Virus record (IMG/VR): IMGVR_UViG_3300030107_005396
Length of the DNA stretch: 64,000 nt
DNA from: an uncultured virus (IMG/VR IMGVR_UViG_3300030107_005396)
Taxonomy: Duplodnaviria; Heunggongvirae; Uroviricota; Caudoviricetes
Strand: one strand, 5' to 3'
Part shown: in pieces, positions 57,361 to 64,000 of the stretch
Layout of the letters: every line of letters starts with the position of its first letter
How positions within the stretch are numbered: position 1 is the first letter of the stretch
Program-made: the position numbers and the translations under genes
The notes under the pieces: generated by a model
What the model was told of the DNA's origin: nothing
What the model saw: only the letters and a program-made list of their open reading frames with translations
Database searches by the model: none

Positions 57361-59844
57361 ATGGCTAATTTCGTTTCCCCCGGTGTATACACGATTGAAA
57401 AGGACGTATCAGACTACGCTCCATCTCTCAATCCTTCGATTGTTGGTTTGGTTGGATTTGCTTCACGCGGTCCAGTTGACAAGGCAACTTTAATTACTAC
57501 TCCCGCTGACCTACTGCGTACGTTCGGAACTCCGGATTTAGTTACAGGTGGTCAAGGTATTTTTGGTGCTTTGGAAATCCTTCAAAAAACCAATCAAGTG
57601 TACTATGTGAGAGCTGCTACTGCTGAGAGAAAAGAAGCGAACAACGTTCTTAGTCTCGCCACAGCACCCCACGCGGCAGTTAATATGGGAAGCATGTCTT
57701 CCAACATTGTTTATCGATTTGATTGCCAAGCTTTTGATAAAGCAGGCGTACAAGCTGGTGACAAAACCGAAGTTTATGTATACCGTGAACGTCCTTACGT
57801 TTCGGGGGTTGAAGGAGCGTCTCCTTACCCAACCACCCCTTCTGGCTCTTGGACCAATGCTGATTGGAACCAAGCCTTCGCTGCTGGATTTGGAAACGCT
57901 TTTGACCCTGCAACAGGTCAGTTAAGTTTTATTCCTAGCGGTTATGGAGCTGCTAGTGGATTGGTAGTAGCTAGAGAAACTGGAGCACAGTCTAACCGTG
58001 TAGGTTCTTACTTCACAGTTGACACGTTTATATCTTCAGGTTCATTAGACGACAATTTCTACGAAGATACTTACTTATCTGCGACCCCGATTGATGTTAC
58101 AGATTTGACCTTCACTTCTACTTCCAAAATCGACTACGAAATGAGAGCTGCATCTGCGGCCAATATAGTTGGTGCTGGCGATTGGGGAGATTTCTCTGGC
58201 AATACAACGTCTGCAATTTATAATATTTGGCAAGGTGTTGGAGGTCCTGAAGATAACTTCCTTACTGTAAACAACTTTAGTGGAGGCGGTGTTGGTATTA
58301 CTGACATCACCGTTCAAATGTCGGGAAGCCTCGCTTTAGGAATGAATGCTCCTAGTGGTGTTAGCTTTATCACTTCGGGACAGCAAGGAGGTTACCAGAT
58401 GGCATCCTTATATCCTGGACTAGGTTATAACTACTCAGCTATTAACTATGCTGGAGGTCTTCAATATCGCGGTCTTCAGTATGAAGTTGTTAACAAGAAC
58501 AACGGACGAAGTGATGTTGTCGTTAAATCTGATGGAGGAACCCAAGAATCTTATGAAATGGGTCTTTGGAAACCACTATCTACCACTTCCGCGACAAGCG
58601 TTTTCCCAGAAGACGTACTAAACAAAGGATTAGATAACGCCGTTTCCCAATACGTTAAAGGTAACTTCTATAACTTTGATATATCAACGTTCTTACCTAC
58701 CAGCCTCGCTGGTAATGATTTAGCGTTCTCCGCGACTGTTTCTGGAATTCCTTTATGGGTTTCCAATATCGCTGAAAACTTTGGTGATGAAAATACTTTT
58801 GTGGGAACCTATATGGGTGGTCTCTCAAGTACAGCTAACTATGTAATCGATACTTCTAAAACTTTCCGCTGTTTAACTTTCGAAGAGCAAACTGCTCTAG
58901 ATGCAAAAGGCGGTAAAAACGGTGACGCATCTGATTATGGTGGAGATATGAGTAACGCTAAAATTAGAGAAGCGTTGGTAGGTAGTACAGGTCTCAAGAC
59001 AGGTATGCAAGCCTTGGATTCTGAAGCAGTGGATGTAACAATCGCAGCAGTCCCAGGTGTTACGGACCAAAATGTACAAAACGAACTAATCTCTTTGGCT
59101 GAAACGACTCAAAACTTCTTAGCAGTTGTGTCGCCCCCAGTCGGATTCACTAACTCGCAAATGGCGATTGATTGGACGAACGGTAAAGCAACCGGGCGTA
59201 CAGCATCTATTAACAGTAGCTACGCTGCTGTATATTGGCCATGGCTAAAACAGTTTGATGCTTACACAGGCGCTGATAGATGGTATGACCCTTCTATTTA
59301 CGCTATCGGTCAAATGTGCTACACTGACGAAGTTGCTGACCCATGGTTCGCTCCAGCAGGACTTACCAGAGGTCGCTTAACTAAGCCGGTTGATGTCGAA
59401 GTTACTTTAGGACAAGGTGATAGAGACGCACTTTACGGACCAGGAAATATCGTTAACCCGATTACTAAATTCACTACTGACGGAATCGTAATCTACGGTC
59501 AGAAAACTGCTCAAAGAGCGGCTACAGCACTAGACCGAATTAACGTTCGTCGTATGATGATTTTCCTACGTAGGTTAGTTCTAACTTCAACTCGCAGGTT
59601 TGTTTTCGAACCTAATGACCCTGTAACTTGGGAAGCAGTACGAAATGTGCTGAGCCCAGCTCTAGCAGATATTCAACAACGTAGAGGTATTACATCTTTC
59701 AAAGTTGTTTGTGACGCTACTACTAACACCCCCCTTCGCGTTGACCGCAACGAATTATGGTGCAAGGTTATCATTAAGCCCACCAAGACCGCTGAAATGC
59801 TTATATTCGAATTGAATTTAACAAATCAATCAGCATCCGTCTAA
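57361..59844 (+). CDS. gp18: tail sheath protein, gp18-like
   Basis: FVSPGVY..E.D, YWPW, WFAPAG..RG, GQKT, LDRINVRR, FEPND..TW. Confidence 0.97.
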   Translation: MANFVSPGVYTIEKDVSDYAPSLNPSIVGLVGFASRGPVDKATLITTPADLLRTFGTPDLVTGGQGIFGALEILQKTNQVYYVRAATAERKEANNVLSLATAPHAAVNMGSMSSNIVYRFDCQAFDKAGVQAGDKTEVYVYRERPYVSGVEGASPYPTTPSGSWTNADWNQAFAAGFGNAFDPATGQLSFIPSGYGAASGLVVARETGAQSNRVGSYFTVDTFISSGSLDDNFYEDTYLSATPIDVTDLTFTSTSKIDYEMRAASAANIVGAGDWGDFSGNTTSAIYNIWQGVGGPEDNFLTVNNFSGGGVGITDITVQMSGSLALGMNAPSGVSFITSGQQGGYQMASLYPGLGYNYSAINYAGGLQYRGLQYEVVNKNNGRSDVVVKSDGGTQESYEMGLWKPLSTTSATSVFPEDVLNKGLDNAVSQYVKGNFYNFDISTFLPTSLAGNDLAFSATVSGIPLWVSNIAENFGDENTFVGTYMGGLSSTANYVIDTSKTFRCLTFEEQTALDAKGGKNGDASDYGGDMSNAKIREALVGSTGLKTGMQALDSEAVDVTIAAVPGVTDQNVQNELISLAETTQNFLAVVSPPVGFTNSQMAIDWTNGKATGRTASINSSYAAVYWPWLKQFDAYTGADRWYDPSIYAIGQMCYTDEVADPWFAPAGLTRGRLTKPVDVEVTLGQGDRDALYGPGNIVNPITKFTTDGIVIYGQKTAQRAATALDRINVRRMMIFLRRLVLTSTRRFVFEPNDPVTWEAVRNVLSPALADIQQRRGITSFKVVCDATTNTPLRVDRNELWCKVIIKPTKTAEMLIFELNLTNQSASV

Positions 59845-59873
59845 ACACTATATAATATAGAGGTAAAAATAAT

Positions 59874-60545
59874 ATGGCAGATGGCAAATTTTACGTAGAG
59901 AGAGCAGCAGAACTAATTGCTGACTCCCCTCGTTTATCACATGCTTTGGACTCTTTCCGTGCTTATGCGTGGCAGATTCAAATTCCTAAGATTGCTGGTG
60001 CATTAGGAAATGTGCCAAGTTTAGCTAATCAAGAAAGACTTACACTTGCAGCAAAACAAGTCACTCAACCAGGGTTTACTGTTGAAGATATAGAAGTTCA
60101 TCGTGTTAATGAGAAGTTCTATTACCCAGGTAAACCAACACCTGATGAAATTACAGTTACGTTTGATAACTTAATTAAGGGGGATGTTGCTGACGCTTTG
60201 TTTGCATGGATGAGAACTGTATACGACCCTGTATACGGAATTCATTACGCAGGTCTAGGAAATGGTACGACTGCTGTTGCCCAAAGCCCGGAAGGTCTCC
60301 CTGGTCTGACAGAATCTCCACTTTTCAAGAAGACGGTTACTATCTGGCAACTTGATGCTCACCGTAACCCTATCACTCACGTAAACCTTTATGGTTGTTA
60401 TCCGAAAGGATGGAAGCTTGGGGAATTTAATTATGCAACGAACGATTTCCACACTATTGAAATGACCCTGCGATATGACTTTGCAGTTCAGTTTACTGAA
60501 ACTTCTGATATTGATTCAGTGTTGTCACCAATAGCAATCCCGTAA
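59874..60545 (+). CDS. gp19: tail tube protein, gp19-like
   Basis: Follows sheath; YYPGKP...ITVTF, LYGCYP, IEMTLRYD. Confidence 0.9.
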   Translation: MADGKFYVERAAELIADSPRLSHALDSFRAYAWQIQIPKIAGALGNVPSLANQERLTLAAKQVTQPGFTVEDIEVHRVNEKFYYPGKPTPDEITVTFDNLIKGDVADALFAWMRTVYDPVYGIHYAGLGNGTTAVAQSPEGLPGLTESPLFKKTVTIWQLDAHRNPITHVNLYGCYPKGWKLGEFNYATNDFHTIEMTLRYDFAVQFTETSDIDSVLSPIAIP

Positions 60546-60566
60546 GTATAATTTAAAGATTTTTTA

Positions 60567-60604
60567 TAGGCTTCTCTGGTAAATAACTAGAGGAGCCTAC
60601 TTTA
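60567..60604 (+). terminator. hairpin after the tube gene with late promoter TAAATA across its loop
   Basis: TAGGCTTCTCTGGT-AAATA-ACTAGAGGAGCCTA, 14-bp stem with two G-U pairs, followed by a short CTTTA tail. Confidence 0.65.
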
Positions 60605-60611
60605 ATATATC

Positions 60612-63026
60612 ATGAATTTTTTTACCGAAGCATACGTTAAATCTGGAGGAACTTTGTTTGAAGGAAAGCCTGCAGTGGCTAAGCCTGCAGACCAGTATGT
60701 AGATATACTTAAACCTTATGCTCCTGGTGACCTACCTCCCGGAGTTCTTAAACCAGAAGCAGCGACTAATGCAACAGATGCTGCAGCTAATGCTAGGAAA
60801 AATCGAGATAACGCATACTCTTATAATGTAAAAATTAAAAACCCCCAAACTGAACAAGAGGAACAACGACCTATGGTTCGTTACGCGGGAACTAATCCAC
60901 AGTACTCTCAAGGAGAATCCTTTACCGCCGCTGAGTGGGCTGCGATTACCCAGCTGTACGGACAACAAAAAGACCAGTTAGCCGCTGAAACTCCAGATGG
61001 TGGGGATGAGAATAAAAAGAAACAACAACAGCAAGTAGAACCTTTATTAGATGAGCCAGCCATAGGACAGGAACAGTATTTAGCTCAAGCAGCCGAAGCA
61101 GCTTCTGAAGCCCAATTAAAGTTATTGGAAGAAGCTGGAGTTGCTATTACTCCCGATGTAAAAAAATGGTCGAAATCCTTTTGTCGTCAAGTTAGAGGTT
61201 TGGGAGAGAGGACTTTAATTTGGAAAGCCGCTCAAGAGGCTTTAGAACAGAATCCAACTCTGCAAGAAGTAGAAGATTCTGCTCGTGATGCGACCGAGGC
61301 TGTCACCACTATATTTAAGTTAGCTCACAAGACACAACAACCAGGGTTTAACATGCAGGACTTCCCTGAAAACGATAGAGATTTTTTACAGAAGTGTGTC
61401 CGGCTACGAGGGACCGGTCAATCCAGAGGGGTTTATATAAAAGGAGGAAGTGAATGTGGTGGAGATTTAGCTGCTATAGGAGGAGACCAGTTAACCAGTG
61501 GAGGAGAAATATACGGACTTAAATTAGGAACTCAAAACTCCCCCTTGTACGTCGCCGTCCAAGGTCTCAGCGGGATACAAGCGGATAACGACAAACCTTT
61601 AGTCCCGTTAGGAAGATTAGGGTCGGCAGCCGCCAACCAATTTAACGCTATAAATGGGGAGATGAATGAATGGTATCCTGCTTTAGCTCATGCCTTGTTT
61701 ATAGATAAAAATACTCGCGACTTTAAAAAGCTGTATAAGGCTATGGTTGAACAGATGGGCACTAAACACAATTTAAAATTGTTTTTAGAGGTGGCTAAAG
61801 CTAAATCTGCAGGAGATTTAGACCAATTAGAAATTGCTAGTATGGCGGAGGAAGGTTCTATAGAACTTATAGATGATATTACCGAGGAGTTCGGGGAAAC
61901 TCCGGATGAGAAAAAAGCGTTGCAATGGCTTATAACCCGTAATCTGATGAATTGGAAAAACGTTGTCGAGAATCTTCCTTCGTGTATGAAATATGAAAAA
62001 GTAGGAGATAAAGGCGCAGGAATCCTGGCTGGCGGAAGAATAGTTAACGCCGATATACAAGGAGATTGTGGAGGGTACGATGTTCAAAAGCTTTACTCAG
62101 ACCTCGCTCAAAACCGTAGATTAGATGTTAAAGGAGAGCGGGACGAAGAGATAGATGCTGATTTACGCGCTAGTGTTAAAGATGACAGGCATGGTAGGTC
62201 GATTGATTTAGGGAAAAGGAGTCTATGGAAGACGCGTGATTTAAATAATGCTGATGTTACAGAAGCTAGAAACCGTCAAATGGATTATATTGATGCGGTA
62301 GATAAAGGAGAAGTACTTCCACCGGAGTGGCGAGAGAAAGCTGATGCTTACCGTGAAAAAGAAACAAAGGCTATTGATGGGTGGTTAGCTGCCGTAAGCA
62401 ATTTAGAACGAGGAGCGTTGAAAGATATCGCCAACAGTAAAACTCGTTTAATGCCTTATGATAAATTTTTAACATCTAAAAAATTGTACGATAAGTTAGA
62501 GGCGTACAACAGCGCGACGGATGACAAAGAACGCAAACAACTTTATGCTGAGTTAGTTCCGGAGCTTACTAACGCCTACCGAGCCAAGCACAAGGGTGAT
62601 GAGGGGATGCGTTACAACATGGCGGTAGAAGCAGCTATCAGTGGGATGTCCACTGAACGTCAAGCATTTATTTTAACTGGTAGTAAGGGTACTTATATGA
62701 GTATGGAAAGTGATGTAGCCGGTAAAGCTATAGCCGGTATTTTAGGGATTGGCGGAGAACCCCCTATGAAGATGAAGTTCACTCAAAACCAAACTCAGTT
62801 TTTAGATGAAAATGGAAAAATAATATCCTCTGTAAGCTTACGTCGAAAAGGAACGACGCCTTCACAATTTTTTATCGTGGATAAGGAGTTTGCTAAGAAT
62901 AATATGAAGCGGGTAGAAAGCAACGAAGAGCCTGTAGGTAATTCTTCTCTAACCGCCGAAGACATCGTCGGGCAACTTCAAGAACTTTTCCAACGGATAA
63001 ATGAAATAGGTCTCATCAAGAACTAG
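60612..63026 (+). CDS. large hypothetical protein, possible internal / ejected head protein
   Basis: 804 aa; N-terminal FFTEAY..TLFE protease-type site; weak PD-(D/E)XK-like pattern. Confidence 0.6.
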   Translation: MNFFTEAYVKSGGTLFEGKPAVAKPADQYVDILKPYAPGDLPPGVLKPEAATNATDAAANARKNRDNAYSYNVKIKNPQTEQEEQRPMVRYAGTNPQYSQGESFTAAEWAAITQLYGQQKDQLAAETPDGGDENKKKQQQQVEPLLDEPAIGQEQYLAQAAEAASEAQLKLLEEAGVAITPDVKKWSKSFCRQVRGLGERTLIWKAAQEALEQNPTLQEVEDSARDATEAVTTIFKLAHKTQQPGFNMQDFPENDRDFLQKCVRLRGTGQSRGVYIKGGSECGGDLAAIGGDQLTSGGEIYGLKLGTQNSPLYVAVQGLSGIQADNDKPLVPLGRLGSAAANQFNAINGEMNEWYPALAHALFIDKNTRDFKKLYKAMVEQMGTKHNLKLFLEVAKAKSAGDLDQLEIASMAEEGSIELIDDITEEFGETPDEKKALQWLITRNLMNWKNVVENLPSCMKYEKVGDKGAGILAGGRIVNADIQGDCGGYDVQKLYSDLAQNRRLDVKGERDEEIDADLRASVKDDRHGRSIDLGKRSLWKTRDLNNADVTEARNRQMDYIDAVDKGEVLPPEWREKADAYREKETKAIDGWLAAVSNLERGALKDIANSKTRLMPYDKFLTSKKLYDKLEAYNSATDDKERKQLYAELVPELTNAYRAKHKGDEGMRYNMAVEAAISGMSTERQAFILTGSKGTYMSMESDVAGKAIAGILGIGGEPPMKMKFTQNQTQFLDENGKIISSVSLRRKGTTPSQFFIVDKEFAKNNMKRVESNEEPVGNSSLTAEDIVGQLQELFQRINEIGLIKN

Positions 63027-63458
63027 TTCAGGCTTTACGTTGTAAGCCTCAGGAACGATTACTAGAGCCATTCGTCTTGTTTTCTGATAGATTACCATCC
63101 AACTCTTCTTCGCGGCCTTAGCATCACTCTGTGCTTGTTTGATGAAAGAGAAGAAATCACTTTTCCTTTTGAACAAGTCGTCAAGCTGAACGTCATACCC
63201 GTTCTTACATTCAATAATGAAAGGAAACCCTGAAGGGGTTATTAAATCGCCCTGAATCTTCATGTGGTCAGGCAGCCCTTTGTGAGTAGTAGCGAACGCT
63301 CCTGACCCCGGGGTCCGACTAAATTCTTTGGTATTCAACCTTTCATTCAACATTTTAGCAATCTTTCTTTCGAAGTTGCTTCCTTTGCGTTTACTATTAA
63401 CGCGCTTCTTTTTGGAGAATTCTCCAAAACCTAAAAGAGATTCGTAATTTTCTGACAT
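62949..63458 (-). CDS. Holliday-junction-resolvase-like PD-(D/E)XK endonuclease
   Basis: KRKGSNFERKIA, RTPGSGA, GDLI, IIECKN, QA..DA. Confidence 0.85.
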   Translation of the reverse strand: MSENYESLLGFGEFSKKKRVNSKRKGSNFERKIAKMLNERLNTKEFSRTPGSGAFATTHKGLPDHMKIQGDLITPSGFPFIIECKNGYDVQLDDLFKRKSDFFSFIKQAQSDAKAAKKSWMVIYQKTRRMALVIVPEAYNVKPELVLDETYFIYPLEKFLKLPDDVFGG

Positions 63459-63476
63459 GGTGTACTATAATAATGC

Positions 63477-63851
63477 ATGACTTCCGAAAAGGAAAAAATC
63501 ACATTTGCCTTAGACGGCGAAAATTTTGGTAACTTTAAACTCCGCGAAGGAGAAAGACGTATGAAATTATATATCAAATTAAACAAAGAAGAAACCCAGC
63601 AATGGGAAACCCTCAAACAAGCGATGACCGGAGGAAAACTCTCCAATGATGTTTTCGCAAGAATTCTTTTCTTTAAAGGCATCCATGCCATTACCCAAGA
63701 ACTCAATGAACGCATAGAAAATCTAAGCAATGATGAGAGGGAAGAGATACTTCGTTCTATGAACGAAGAGGATGCAGAAAAAGCGATGGAACTGGCTGAA
63801 GAAGAATTTGGAGTTGATATCGATGAGGACACTGAAGAAACTGTCAAGTGA
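63477..63851 (+). CDS. hypothetical protein with acidic tail, possibly a DNA-binding regulator
   Basis: TATAAT 5 nt upstream; MKLYIKL strand followed by helices. Confidence 0.65.
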   Translation: MTSEKEKITFALDGENFGNFKLREGERRMKLYIKLNKEETQQWETLKQAMTGGKLSNDVFARILFFKGIHAITQELNERIENLSNDEREEILRSMNEEDAEKAMELAEEEFGVDIDEDTEETVK

Positions 63852-64000
63852 GAAAGAATTAAACGAGGTTTTAAAACATCGTAAAAAGAAAAACTTCTCT
63901 GTGCTCTATTATTCCAAATGGGATAAATGGTCACAAAGAATATTAAATCTAACAGATGAATGGACCTCGCAAGAAGGCAACGAAACAGTTTACTTGGTAA
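63823..64000 (+). CDS. thioredoxin-fold-like protein lacking CxxC (runs off the window end)
   Basis: MRTLKKLSSEKELNEVLKHRKKKNFSVLYYSKWDKWSQRIL; GGAG upstream; frame open to the window end. Confidence 0.5.
   Translation, partial: MRTLKKLSSEKELNEVLKHRKKKNFSVLYYSKWDKWSQRILNLTDEWTSQEGNETVYLV

Noticed and set aside
63431..63934. 167-aa minus-strand ORF
   Set aside because: Ser-rich antisense shadow of two plausible plus-strand genes
1..64000. Stop-codon reassignment
   Set aside because: Conserved genes are full length in the standard code, and TAA, TAG and TGA all end genes at sensible boundaries
1..64000. tRNA or rRNA genes
   Set aside because: Intergenic gaps are short and no cloverleaf or T-loop pattern was seen in them; not verified with a tRNA scanner

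Overview
This window is the morphogenesis region of a large T4-like myophage (contractile tail; AT-rich; standard genetic code; almost fully coding). It holds the terminase large subunit, portal, prohead protease, scaffold, major capsid protein, neck proteins, sheath, tube, tape measure, baseplate (gp53/gp25/gp6/gp7-like, hub, spike) and very large tail and fibre proteins. Short opposite-strand islands of replication and accessory genes are interleaved: UvsW helicase, primase, PD-(D/E)XK nucleases, Hsp20, a glycosyltransferase and an i-type lysozyme-like gene. No tRNA, rRNA, CRISPR array, intron or IS was seen. Main leads: (1) two apparent programmed -1 frameshifts, at T TTT TTC (gp26-like joined to a start-less gp51-like ORF) and at A AAA AAG in an A9 run (a head-module protein extended by a hidden 69-aa tail); (2) Ser-Gly/Ser-small motifs concentrated in inserted domains of virion proteins, plus a glycosyltransferase next to the terminase, suggesting virion glycosylation; (3) an Skp-like plus Hsp20 pair with a ROSE-like hairpin over the RBS; (4) widespread leaderless gene starts; (5) a 9-aa motif shared by the capsid protein and a core protein at predicted maturation sites. 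All family calls come from motif recognition by eye; no database search was run.
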